Of a DNA stretch of 64,000 bases, positions 1 through 9,532 are shown piece by piece. A program made the translations under genes and the position numbers. The notes below the pieces were generated by a model, which was not told where the DNA came from, searched no databases, and saw only the letters and a list, made by a program, of their open reading frames with translations. This stretch comes from Hadesarchaea archaeon. GTDB lineage: Archaea > Hadarchaeota > Hadarchaeia > Hadarchaeales > Hadarchaeaceae. The stretch lies in NCBI GenBank assembly GCA_029259175.1, contig JAPDJH010000001.1, positions 96,001 to 160,000 on the forward strand, in the 5' to 3' direction. Within the stretch, counting starts at the first letter, position 1, and every line of letters starts with the position of its first letter.

Positions 1-420
1 GTTTATCAGTCCCACGCTCGTCTCGTTGTAAGTAATGGCAACTGCTTCCACGTCCGGGTTTTCCCTCAAACACCGATCGAGTTCCTCGGGAGTAGTTGGC
101 TCCCCCAACGGGGTGCGCAGCTCCACCACCTCACGACCGTTAGATCGCGCCACATCGGCATAGCGCTTCCCAAAGGCCCCGTTGATACAGCACAGCATCC
201 GTTTCCGCACACAGTTGCGAATGGTCGCTTCCATAACGCCGGAGCCGGAGCTTGGAAATAAAAACACCTGATTTCGGGTTTCGAGAAAGCGCTGGAGGCG
301 CTCAATTGTTTCCTGGTGCAACCGTTGATACTCTACACTGCGATGGCTAAACATCTGAATGGACATCTCCCTCAAAACCTCTGGTCTGCAGGCGACTGGA
401 CCCACCGTAAACAGCTTCAT
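1..420 (-). CDS. Class V PLP aminotransferase (serine-pyruvate/aspartate type), N-terminal part, runs off the window edge
   Basis: Manual translation from ATG 420: MKLFTVGPV...FSHRS...FPSSGSGVMEA...NGAFGKRY...TYNETSVG; not in the ORF track because it is truncated. Confidence 0.85.
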   Translation of the reverse strand, partial: MKLFTVGPVACRPEVLREMSIQMFSHRSVEYQRLHQETIERLQRFLETRNQVFLFPSSGSGVMEATIRNCVRKRMLCCINGAFGKRYADVARSNGREVVELRTPLGEPTTPEELDRCLRENPDVEAVAITYNETSVGLIN

Positions 421-473
421 CTCAAAATCAAATGTCGTTGTGGTTTAAAAAAGAATAGGAAAAAGGGAGCACA

Positions 474-686
474 TCACTCCCAGCCAGCATAGAGTTCCGA
501 CATGTCGAAGTCGTAGCTCTGGTTCTCGAAGGTAAGCAGATCGTCCAAATCGCTCAGCCACTCTTCGGCCTCTGTTAGCTCCGGCGGAACTTCTTCCTCA
601 GTTGTTGCGCGGTAACTCACCAGCACAACTGCTGCTATGAGCACGACCACTACTCCTATAGCCACCAACTGCCACGCGCGCGCCAT
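474..686 (-). CDS. Small single-TM membrane protein
   Basis: N-terminal hydrophobic helix, acidic tail; directly downstream of 688..1899. Confidence 0.6.
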   Translation of the reverse strand: MARAWQLVAIGVVVVLIAAVVLVSYRATTEEEVPPELTEAEEWLSDLDDLLTFENQSYDFDMSELYAGWE

Positions 687-687
687 T

Positions 688-1899
688 TCAGCTCACCCCT
701 TGAACGGAGCCCGTCGCCAGCTCCACTGTCGCCCCTTCCTCGGTCCACGAACTAGAGTGATATTCGTTCTCTCCATAGGTCCAGTAAGTTCCGGTTCCAC
801 TGAGAACCACGGTGCCCGTTCCGCTCGCTCGCAACCACATGTTTGTGCCGCTAAGAGATGCTCGAATATTGGAGCCGGTGACTCTAACCCATGTGAATCC
901 AGTATACTGGATGTCACCGTTGTCCAAGTTCTCGGCCACCCCATCTGTTTTTACGTGCGCATTCGGCGAAACCGTTAGCTCCCCGTTCTCAATAGTCGTG
1001 ACTTTAAGCAGTCCGGTGCCTTCGACTTGAACCGTTCCCGAACCCTGCGCCACCACTGTTCCAGATCCAGCCAAGACGACGGTGCATCCCTGAGAGCGCA
1101 GTGAGACCACTATATCTTTCAAATCTTTGAAGGCCGAACACAGGTATTGGAGAGCATCTCGGAGGTGCTGTATCGCGGAAGCGTAAATCTGCCGGAAAGT
1201 TAAGTTGTCTGAAATCTGCGGAATTTTGGCCTCGGCATTGTCCAGTTTTTGCTCCGCCAACTCTATGTGTGAACTGAAATCATCTAGCCACGCTTCCAAG
1301 TCGCTGGTGTCCACACCGTTTTCTTTCAGTTGCTGAATCACCACTTCTACTCGTGACGCCAACGCTTGGGCCCGCTCAACGATCCCTCTGAACCCAGCCA
1401 CTATGAGCTCGGCAGTAATCTGCTTCAAGCGCACCCTGATGGAAAGCCAGTATTGATGCAAGTCCCGATTTGCCGACTTGAGCGCTCCTGTTCCTATGGT
1501 CGCCGAATCAATGTTCGCCCTATAGGTTTGAATCTGTGAGATATAGCCTTCAAGTTCCTGAACGATGTTGTCGCGCGCTTCCTCGCTTAGTCCACGGGTC
1601 GCGTTGGCTCGTGCCTCCAGCATTCGCATATGGGCAATGTAGAGATCCGCCGCTTTCAGGGCAGCTGTGCGGGCCTTTTCTGCCATCGTCTGAAAGTCCG
1701 CTTGTGAACGAGTGCCCATCCACGCAAGACGGGCATCAACGTAATCGGCGCGCGCCTTCAACCACTCAGAGTAGGCCTGGAGGAAGTTCTCCTTGGCTTC
1801 CGCATAGGTCTGTCTCGCTTCCACCCAGCCCTGAGCAGCTACTGGGAAAGCCGACACCAGCATTGCTGCAATCGTCAGCGCCGCCAACCACGATTTCAT
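688..1899 (-). CDS. Secreted coiled-coil protein with C-terminal beta-rich (G-x-G-T repeat) domain
   Basis: Signal peptide, long amphipathic helices, GSGT/GTG repeats; GAGGTG RBS upstream. Confidence 0.75.
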   Translation of the reverse strand: MKSWLAALTIAAMLVSAFPVAAQGWVEARQTYAEAKENFLQAYSEWLKARADYVDARLAWMGTRSQADFQTMAEKARTAALKAADLYIAHMRMLEARANATRGLSEEARDNIVQELEGYISQIQTYRANIDSATIGTGALKSANRDLHQYWLSIRVRLKQITAELIVAGFRGIVERAQALASRVEVVIQQLKENGVDTSDLEAWLDDFSSHIELAEQKLDNAEAKIPQISDNLTFRQIYASAIQHLRDALQYLCSAFKDLKDIVVSLRSQGCTVVLAGSGTVVAQGSGTVQVEGTGLLKVTTIENGELTVSPNAHVKTDGVAENLDNGDIQYTGFTWVRVTGSNIRASLSGTNMWLRASGTGTVVLSGTGTYWTYGENEYHSSSWTEEGATVELATGSVQGVS

Positions 1900-2108
1900 G
1901 TTGCACCACCTCTCCTGTTTTTTCGGGTAGAGCTCACCGCGCGGCCCCTGTCACCGCACGGATCATTGTGTTCTCAGATGAAGATGCTGGGAGATAGTTT
2001 TTAAGCAAATTTTCGGCTATGCGATGAAAAAGCAGCGATAACGCTTTACTAATCTTTACAAAACTTTATACACCCACCAATTGGTTTATAATTGTCCGAG
2101 GTGGCTGC

Positions 2109-2810
2109 ATGTGGCGAAAAACGGCCTTTATCGTTCTCCTATTCTTGGGCGGGATGGTGATTCTCGGAGCGGGAGAGGAAAACGCCGCAACTATCCAGGG
2201 AACTGCCTATTACTGGTTTGATCTGGAACCTCTGCCAAAAACCGTGGTAGAGATCGACACCACCCCGTCCCAGACCATGGTGGCGACCGACGGGACCTAC
2301 GAGTTTGAGGTACCGCTGGGGTCTTACACTATCAAAGCCATGTATTACTCCGGAAACGTGCTCCTCTACTACGCCGAAGAAAACGTGGATGTTTTAGAGC
2401 CTGGGACTTACCAGCTAGATCTGATTCTCTTCCCGCTGCCGGAAGAAAATTCGATTGAGGATAACGAAATAGTGCCTCAAATCGAAACACCAGCGGAGGG
2501 TTTGGGAGCGGGTATTGCAATCCTGATCGGTGTTTTTTCTCTCGCGGCAGTGCTCGCATATTATGGGGTGAGGCGCAGACCTCCAAAACTCACAGAACCG
2601 GTTCGGGTTGTTGGACTCCCTGCAGATTTATCGGCTGTGATTTCTATACTTCGACAGCACGGTGGACGAATGGAGCAGCGGGAATTGCGCAGGTTGTTAA
2701 AGTGTTCCGAAGCCAAGCTCAGCCTCATGTTGGCAGATCTAGAGTCTCGAGGGCTTGTAAGAAAAATCAAACGAGGAAGAGGGAATATAGTGGTGCTAAC
2801 GGAACTCTGA
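2109..2810 (+). CDS. Membrane-anchored protein with extracellular beta domain and cytoplasmic winged HTH
   Basis: Signal peptide, TM, then GGRMEQRELRRLLKCSEAKLSLMLADLESRGLVRKIKRGRGN. Confidence 0.8.
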   Translation: MWRKTAFIVLLFLGGMVILGAGEENAATIQGTAYYWFDLEPLPKTVVEIDTTPSQTMVATDGTYEFEVPLGSYTIKAMYYSGNVLLYYAEENVDVLEPGTYQLDLILFPLPEENSIEDNEIVPQIETPAEGLGAGIAILIGVFSLAAVLAYYGVRRRPPKLTEPVRVVGLPADLSAVISILRQHGGRMEQRELRRLLKCSEAKLSLMLADLESRGLVRKIKRGRGNIVVLTEL

Positions 2811-2907
2811 TTTATTTGGTTCGCCACGCCTGACAAACTGACTACTCACGACAAGATCTCCAAAGCCTTTAAATAGGCCTCCACATTTGTTAGAAAAAGG
2901 GACTTCA

Positions 2908-3072
2908 ATGCAACGCTATCGGTGTACCAATTGCGGCTATACTTACGATCCAGCTCGGGGCGAACCCAGCTCGGCGATTCCACCTGAGACACCATTCGAG
3001 GAGCTTCCAGATGCCTGGGTTTGCCCCAACTGTGGAACTGAAAAGGAATTTTTCGAAGAGCTCCCAGAGTGA
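2908..3072 (+). CDS. rub: Rubredoxin
   Basis: [12 protein letters not shown]...[14 protein letters not shown]; ATG at 2908. Confidence 0.95.
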   Translation: MQRYRCTNCGYTYDPARGEPSSAIPPETPFEELPDAWVCPNCGTEKEFFEELPE

Positions 3073-3773
3073 GCTCTCCCATGGCGGGTTCAGCTCTGTT
3101 CACCATCCCGCACTTCACCTCCGGTACTATCGAGAAGCGTCTGAACCGCTTTGTGGTTCAAATAAAAATCAGAAGCCAGAAGGCGTTCGCTCACATCAAC
3201 AACACCGGACGACTATTGGAAATTCTGCGCCCGGGAGCACGGGCGTTTTGCATCCCTGGTAGGTGGAAACGTACTCGGTATCGGCTCTTCGCCGTGGGGC
3301 CTCGAAACCGTGCAGTGCTCATAGACACTAGACTTCAGATGAGCGCTTTTGAACAAGCACTGAAGCTTGGATTATTACCATGATTGAAAAACGTATTCAT
3401 TCATCAGCGCTCGCCGCATTTATTGGGCTCGACTTTTGATTACCTGATTTGCGATACTCACAAAATTCTTGTAGAAGTAAAGAGCGCAGCGCTAAAGTCA
3501 AACGACTATGCCTTCTACCTCGACTGTCCATCAGCCCGAGCTCGTCGTCAGATAAGCGACATGATTCGCACACCTTATTCAAGAAAAATCATCGTCTTTA
3601 TAGCCACTGTGCCGGGAGTGTGTGCGTTCAGACCAAACAAGAATGCTGATCCGGAACTGTACTACCTTCTCCGAGAGGCCAAAAAACAAGGAATAGAACT
3701 GCGCTGCATCCATGTGGTGTTTTCGCCACCAAGAATCCTCCTACTCAACCCCGATCTGCCAGTCCTGCTCTAG
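3069..3773 (+). pseudogene. sfsA: SfsA DNA/RNA nuclease interrupted by an in-frame TGA at 3381-3383
   Basis: RLNRF, HINNTGRL, IDT, FDY, VEVKS motifs in two same-frame ORFs separated by one stop (LP*LK, a position where Trp is plausible). Confidence 0.8.
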
Positions 3774-5056
3774 CGTTTCTGAGCTTCCCGCAAATATTCC
3801 TCTGCCAGCTTCAAAGCACAGTACTGCGAACACATGCTACAGGCCTTGGGATCCATCACCGGGGGCCTCCTGCTCCGAATCTCGCGCGCAAGATCGGGGT
3901 CTATCGCCAGTGCAATCTGTCGCGCCCAGTCGAATCTTTTGCGCGCTTCAGATATCTCATTGTCCCACCGGAGATCTCTTCCCTTTGCTACATCTGCCAC
4001 GTGTGCTGCTATCCGCGTTGCGATCACGCCTGCTTTCACGTCTTCCACGCTGGGGAGACCAAGATGCTCGGTGGGCGTCACGTAGCACAAAAAGTCGGCA
4101 CCGGCCCAAGCGGCCAGTGCGCCCCCGATAGCCGCAACAAGGTGATCATAGCCTGGGGCCACATCCGTCACCACTGGTCCCAGCACATAGAAGGGCGCGC
4201 CATCGCACACGGCTTTTTCCAGTCTCACATTCATCTCCACTTGATTTAGTGGCAAGTGACCGGGGCCCTCAACCATTGCCTGAACATTGGCTTTTCGAGC
4301 GCGCTTTACGAGTTCACCGAGAGTGAGCAATTCGTGGAACTGAGCAGCGTCTGATGCATCAGCAAGACAACCAGGGCGCATCCCATCACCCAAGCTGAGG
4401 GTCAGATCGAACTCACGCGCCAACTCTAGGAGATAATCAAACTCTGCATACAATGGATTTTCTCGCCCATGGTGAATCATCCAAGCCGCCAGCAACGAGC
4501 CTCCTCGGCTGACCATCTTCAGCAATCTGCCTTTCCGCCGCAAAGTCTCGACCACATCTCTCGTCACTCCACAGTGTACAGTAACAAAATCTACTCCGTC
4601 CTCGGCGTGCTTGCGAATCGTGTTAAATATGTCATCGCTGCTCATGTCAATCACGTGTCCGCGACGAGCAACCGCTTCTACAGAGGCCTGGTAAACCGGA
4701 ACTGTTCCTATAGGCACCTCCACAGCTTCGAGTATCATGCGCCTAATCTGATCGAGGTCTCCTCCGATACTCAGGTCCATTACTGAATCAGCGCCATAAC
4801 GCACAGCCACGCGCGCTTTCTCCACCTCCTCTTCGGGGTTCACATAATCAGGTGAGGTACCAACGTTCGCGTTAACCTTGACTCTCAATCCCTCTCCTAT
4901 ACCAACAGCACGCCTTTGTCTGCGCACGTTAGAGGGAATTACAATTCTGCCAGCTGCCACGCCCCGTCTAACAAACTCGACAGAAACTCCCTCTGCGCGC
5001 GCCACCTCTTCTATCTGCCGCGTGACTTTTCCGCCCTTGGCCTCCTCCATCAGCAT
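3770..5056 (-). CDS. thiC: Phosphomethylpyrimidine synthase
   Basis: KVNANVGTS, VMDLS, SRGGS, GDGMRPG, EGPGH, CYVTPTEHL, C-terminal CSMC..YC. Confidence 0.97.
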   Translation of the reverse strand: MLMEEAKGGKVTRQIEEVARAEGVSVEFVRRGVAAGRIVIPSNVRRQRRAVGIGEGLRVKVNANVGTSPDYVNPEEEVEKARVAVRYGADSVMDLSIGGDLDQIRRMILEAVEVPIGTVPVYQASVEAVARRGHVIDMSSDDIFNTIRKHAEDGVDFVTVHCGVTRDVVETLRRKGRLLKMVSRGGSLLAAWMIHHGRENPLYAEFDYLLELAREFDLTLSLGDGMRPGCLADASDAAQFHELLTLGELVKRARKANVQAMVEGPGHLPLNQVEMNVRLEKAVCDGAPFYVLGPVVTDVAPGYDHLVAAIGGALAAWAGADFLCYVTPTEHLGLPSVEDVKAGVIATRIAAHVADVAKGRDLRWDNEISEARKRFDWARQIALAIDPDLAREIRSRRPPVMDPKACSMCSQYCALKLAEEYLREAQKR

Positions 5057-5102
5057 ATGGGTCCACTACCACCTCTCACACTTTCAAGGTTTAAAACCAC
5101 CC

Positions 5103-6506
5103 CTATCGATACCAGGGCAATCGCTTGTCCAGATAATCAGCGAGGAACTCTCTAAAGCTTCTATTCCGCATTGCTTTGGTTATTTCTCTTCCGACCAACA
5201 ATCTATACCTGCCGGCTTCGATGGATTCGGCAACGTGTTTGCCAAAACCCCGGTGTTCACTGATCACGCGCTTCAAACAACGTACTCCATCCGTCTCAAC
5301 TCTTCTGACCTCGCACACCACCCTTCCCGCTTCATCCACGTAGGGGCCGGCAAGTCTCCTGCGCGAGCCCGAATACTCCCGGAGAAAATCAGTAGCGTCC
5401 ACCGGGATCTGCGGTCCTGGGCGTATCTGAACGGGAGGGAGCCTCGAAATAGAGAGTTCTACTAACACCGCAGCGTTCCGCGAATCTGCCCATACGTCAC
5501 TTCGCAGAATCTCAAATCCCGCCTGTACCACCTCGTTGGAAATTGAACGCTCGGTTTTGCGCAACTGAGGATAAATCACGTCTTCTGGCAGATCATTATG
5601 CCGAAACCATAAACAACACAAGGTTGTCCCTCTCCGTTTGAGCTGGTTCAATAGACTGGCTTGAGTCAGAGAAGGCGGGGAATTCGGGAAGAAGAACTGC
5701 TCACGAGGCTCCTTCAAGAACTCTCTGCACGCCAGCACAAAGATGGCGAAGCTGCGCATCGAAACAGCGGCGGCCACGTTGCGCTTTGGATCCACGGGAT
5801 CCACGACCACGAGCGGCTGGCGCTCAAACAAAACGCGCGGCTCCGCTTCGCTCGGGTAAACGCGCTCGATGTCTATTACTATTCCCGGCTTCCAGCGCGC
5901 TGCGTTTTCCACAAGCTGCTGGAATGACCCGTAATGAATGACCAGCAGCTCGCTAAGATAGCCCGAAAAGCCTTGAATCCGCGCTTCAGCCCCATAAACA
6001 CCAATCCCGCGCAAAAACTGTTTGGTGAGCAACACTTGGTCTGCGAGCTGGGGTGTGAGCCGCTGCTGGACATAACGCTGGTGATGTGGTGTTCTGTCCA
6101 CGGCGCTCTTCAGTTTGCGCGGATCATCGATCCGATAACAAGGAACCAAATCAACTTGGAAGCCCTCGAATTCCATCCGCACATAGGGGTGCTCGGCATA
6201 GTGTTCTCGGCCCGAAGGCCCGGCTACCTCACGAGCGATAGCCAAACCCTGGCGCTCGAGTTCGGCACGCGGCATTTCAGGATCGAAGAGAAGAAAGATA
6301 TCGAGCTCTCGCTCTGATCGCAACCACGTTCCGCGGGCGGCAGAGCCGACAAGCATTGGCTCTGTTTTGACTTTTCGAGAGCGCGCCACCCTTCTAACTT
6401 TGTTCATGACCTGTGTCACTACTCGCTCGAGACGCTGCATATCGGAAGAGGTCGGTTTGATGCGTCTCAATACACGATTCAGCATTGCGACCATTATGCC
6501 TTCCAC
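5103..6506 (-). CDS. cca: Archaeal CCA-adding enzyme (class I tRNA nucleotidyltransferase)
   Basis: VGSAARGTWL..ELDIF, YAEHPY, SAVDRTP.H, GFSGYL.ELL, VDPVDPKRNVAAA. Confidence 0.95.
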   Translation of the reverse strand: MEGIMVAMLNRVLRRIKPTSSDMQRLERVVTQVMNKVRRVARSRKVKTEPMLVGSAARGTWLRSERELDIFLLFDPEMPRAELERQGLAIAREVAGPSGREHYAEHPYVRMEFEGFQVDLVPCYRIDDPRKLKSAVDRTPHHQRYVQQRLTPQLADQVLLTKQFLRGIGVYGAEARIQGFSGYLSELLVIHYGSFQQLVENAARWKPGIVIDIERVYPSEAEPRVLFERQPLVVVDPVDPKRNVAAAVSMRSFAIFVLACREFLKEPREQFFFPNSPPSLTQASLLNQLKRRGTTLCCLWFRHNDLPEDVIYPQLRKTERSISNEVVQAGFEILRSDVWADSRNAAVLVELSISRLPPVQIRPGPQIPVDATDFLREYSGSRRRLAGPYVDEAGRVVCEVRRVETDGVRCLKRVISEHRGFGKHVAESIEAGRYRLLVGREITKAMRNRSFREFLADYLDKRLPWYR

Positions 6507-6559
6507 GGCAATAGTTAAATATACCCCAAATTAGTGCTAATCGGCTAGAGAGGGTTTCC

Positions 6560-7276
6560 ATGGCGATCGTGCTTAGTCTTGCATCTGTCAAAGGAGGCGT
6601 TGGGAAAACCACGATCGCAGAAAACTTGGCTATCGCGTTGGGAAGAATGGGTCGTCGCGTTTTGCTGATTGATGCTGACATCGCAACATCTGCTCTCAGC
6701 GCCCTGCTGGGTCTGACCGAACGAAATCCTAATCTGCACGACCTGCTCGCGGGCAGAGGGGATCCAAACCGGGCAATCTACGACGCCTACGGGATCCAAG
6801 TACTTCCCTCCGGAGGCACTCTCGGTGGTTTTGTGCGAGCAGATCCCGTGCGTTTGGCCCGTGTGATCGATGTGTACAAGAATAACTATGACTTTCTCAT
6901 AATCGACACGCCTCCGGGAATTACTAAATACTCGCTTGCCCCTCTCAAGATATCTGATAGTATTCTCAGCGTCACTACGCAGGATCCATCTGCAATCGAA
7001 GCCGCTGTAAAACTAGAGGAGGCATGTGCTGCAATGCAACTGAAACTCACTGGTGTTGTTGTAAACCGTGTGCGCAAACCGTCCTTCTTCAAAAAGCTCA
7101 AGTTGTACTCCCGAGCCCAGATCCAGAGCCGGCTGAGAACTCCGATACTTCTGGGGATACCAGAAGACCCCATGGTTATGGAAGCAGCCACCATGAGGAG
7201 ACCCATGCTCTTCTACAAACCTAAAAGTGCTGTTTCAAAGGCTATCTGGGAGCTGGCTCGCAAAATTGGCGGATAA
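6560..7276 (+). CDS. MinD/ParA-family ATPase
   Basis: KGGVGKTT deviant Walker A, LIDAD, IIDTPPG. Confidence 0.9.
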   Translation: MAIVLSLASVKGGVGKTTIAENLAIALGRMGRRVLLIDADIATSALSALLGLTERNPNLHDLLAGRGDPNRAIYDAYGIQVLPSGGTLGGFVRADPVRLARVIDVYKNNYDFLIIDTPPGITKYSLAPLKISDSILSVTTQDPSAIEAAVKLEEACAAMQLKLTGVVVNRVRKPSFFKKLKLYSRAQIQSRLRTPILLGIPEDPMVMEAATMRRPMLFYKPKSAVSKAIWELARKIGG

Positions 7277-7326
7277 ATCATACGCTTGCCTTTATAGGGG
7301 AGAGAGAAAAATTCTAATCGAGCCCC

Positions 7327-8217
7327 ATGGAGATAATTCCAACAGGAATCGCTTCGCTGGACTCGCTCATCGGAGGGGGATTTCCAGCGGGTTCGCTAGT
7401 TCTGCTCCGCTCGGAGATAGGAGCAGGAAGTAAGGAATTCCTCATGAGCTCAGCCATAATGACTGAAGCCGTCAAGCGCAATCTCATAAAACCGGCGGAA
7501 ACCAATGTGAAAGTACCTAAAGACATGTGGTGGGTCACCTTCACGCGCGCGCCGGATGATATCCTGAACGAAGTTGCAATGAGTTTTGAGCGCGACTTGT
7601 TCGAGCTTTTCCGCGATGGTGTGAAATTCCGTGATTTCTCAGAAGACTATTTCAAAACATCGCCGGTGCCGATCGAATGGGTATCCGATCGGCTGAAAGA
7701 AGCCAGAGAAAAGGCCGCCCTCGAGGGTCTGTCATCTGCCTTCGCCTCCCTCTATCGTGCGACTGCTGCACCTGCAACCAGACCAAAAACTACCCTCGAG
7801 TCTCTGGCCGAGTTTCTTACAGACAATGCCACCGACAACATCGTAGTGTTCTACACTCTCAGCGACTTGGCCCGTTTGTATTCGGACTCCGAGAGCCGCT
7901 GGTACGATTTCACTCTCTTCCTCCGGGGACTCCAAAGAGCGGCGAAACGATGGGGCGGTCTAATCTATCTGCCCCTCACGGCGCGGATTCTGGATGAAAG
8001 ACAAGAAGAGGAGATTTCGGCCTGTGTCGATGGTGCCATCAACTTCCAATGGGAAGCAGCCGGACCAACGCGCAGGCGCCGCGTGATGTACTTCCAGAAG
8101 TTCCGGGGCCTGCTTCCGCGTCTCGACGGTGCAGCGGTCGTCAAATTCGAAATCACTATCACCCCAACATCCGGATTCGAAGTAGCTAGGGCGGAACTCA
8201 TCGAGGGTTTAAGATGA
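7327..8217 (+). CDS. KaiC/RAD55-like RecA-fold protein, degenerate P-loop
   Basis: IPTGIASLDSLIGGGFPAGSLVLL..EIGAGSKEF (no GKT); C-terminal KFRG. Confidence 0.75.
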   Translation: MEIIPTGIASLDSLIGGGFPAGSLVLLRSEIGAGSKEFLMSSAIMTEAVKRNLIKPAETNVKVPKDMWWVTFTRAPDDILNEVAMSFERDLFELFRDGVKFRDFSEDYFKTSPVPIEWVSDRLKEAREKAALEGLSSAFASLYRATAAPATRPKTTLESLAEFLTDNATDNIVVFYTLSDLARLYSDSESRWYDFTLFLRGLQRAAKRWGGLIYLPLTARILDERQEEEISACVDGAINFQWEAAGPTRRRRVMYFQKFRGLLPRLDGAAVVKFEITITPTSGFEVARAELIEGLR

Positions 8218-8687
8218 GCTCTCGCGGGATTTCTCCATTCGTAGCTACGGTACTGCTCATCTCTCTAACTATTATCGCAAGTTTGCCCGTGGTAGCATGG
8301 CTCTCTAGCTATTACGCGCCGTTTCGACCCCGATACATCGACTTGGCCGTTTATGCAGGGCTAGTGGATGAAAACATTGTGCGCCTACACATTCACCACA
8401 TAGGAGGAGACAGTGCGCGCTTCGACATAACCGAACCAACTACCAGTGTGATATATGGGTGGGCAATCTCGACTGCTACGGGGATAGAAAATCAGCTCTA
8501 CTGCTGGACGTTCGAGAATCCGTATCGGTTCCGCCAAGGGGACTGGGCATATGCCGAGGCAGCTCTCCGGGGGGCCAACTTGGAGGTAGGAGACAGTGTC
8601 CGGATCATCATCGGGCTATCAAAGGTCGGTGTAATTTTTGATGATGAAGTCACCATCAACGTGCTCACTCAAATACCGGGAGGCTAG
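8214..8687 (+). CDS. Archaeal type IV pilin
   Basis: Class III signal RG/ISPFVATVLL; HHIGGD motif. Confidence 0.85.
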   Translation: MSSRGISPFVATVLLISLTIIASLPVVAWLSSYYAPFRPRYIDLAVYAGLVDENIVRLHIHHIGGDSARFDITEPTTSVIYGWAISTATGIENQLYCWTFENPYRFRQGDWAYAEAALRGANLEVGDSVRIIIGLSKVGVIFDDEVTINVLTQIPGG

Positions 8688-8715
8688 TTTGTCCCAGCAA
8701 AAGCCAAAAAATTGC

Positions 8716-8730
8716 AGAAACCTTTATAAA
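8716..8730 (+). promoter_or_regulatory. BRE-TATA promoter of the 8763 pilin
   Basis: agaaacctttataaa about 35 nt before the start; GAGGTGA RBS follows. Confidence 0.55.
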
Positions 8731-8762
8731 CGGGCCTGATTAGGCATTACCGAGGTGATGAA

Positions 8763-9452
8763 TTGAAGAGGTTTATGGAAGAGAAGGGGATTTCTCCAAT
8801 CATCGCAACAATCCTATTGATTGCAGTTACAGCTGTGGCTGCTGGAGTCATTGCCGCCTACGTGTCAGGACTTTACGTCACCCCTCCATCCGTCATTGCC
8901 GGAACCGCTGACGGCTACGTGTACGACCGTGACAATAACACTGGAGAAACTAACTATCAGAACGGAAAGGTCGTAATCATCGCAACCCTGACGAGCGGGA
9001 GGCTGAGAGATGTTACTGACCCTGACCGAGGATTTAACATCACGCTCACCAACCCTGAGACTGGGTGGTCGGTAACTCTGACACAAGAGGACCTAACAAC
9101 GCCACAGTCGGACAGACCATACTATTCGGGTAAGGGAGCCACCGTAACGTTCGCAGCCACCCTCGAGGACAACAAGGATAAGCCAAACTATGGATCCATT
9201 GTGACACATGCTAGCGAAACAGCACCAGCTGTGAAAGTGATGATTCCGCTTAGCGCTGGCGACGACTGGCTAGGTGGCTCAGCAATAATTCTGATTGACA
9301 ACTTGGTTGATTCTGGTGTTGAAAATCCAGAGGATCCAGGTTCGGTCTTCTGGGACGAGGAACACACCATTTACATCGAGTTCAGCGGACGAGACTCCCT
9401 GTCCCTCACCGGATACGACGGGGCTTACCTGCTTGGACAGGCGCGACCATAA
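8763..9452 (+). CDS. Archaeal type IV pilin, probably the major pilin
   Basis: KG/ISPIIATILLIAVT; has its own promoter and terminator. Confidence 0.85.
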   Translation: MKRFMEEKGISPIIATILLIAVTAVAAGVIAAYVSGLYVTPPSVIAGTADGYVYDRDNNTGETNYQNGKVVIIATLTSGRLRDVTDPDRGFNITLTNPETGWSVTLTQEDLTTPQSDRPYYSGKGATVTFAATLEDNKDKPNYGSIVTHASETAPAVKVMIPLSAGDDWLGGSAIILIDNLVDSGVENPEDPGSVFWDEEHTIYIEFSGRDSLSLTGYDGAYLLGQARP

Positions 9453-9456
9453 AGCC

Positions 9457-9500
9457 GCTAGCTGTAACTAGCCTTTTTTCTGTTTTTTATTTTTTCTTTC
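9457..9500 (+). terminator. Hairpin plus long T-tract terminator
   Basis: gctag-ctgtaa-ctagc followed by ttttttctgttttttatttttt. Confidence 0.6.
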
Positions 9501-9532
9501 ATCAACCCCTATAAAAGCGAAAACATAGATTT

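Noticed and set aside
3381-3383. Selenocysteine or alternative genetic code
   Set aside because: Not a Cys position, and TGA is used as a normal stop throughout
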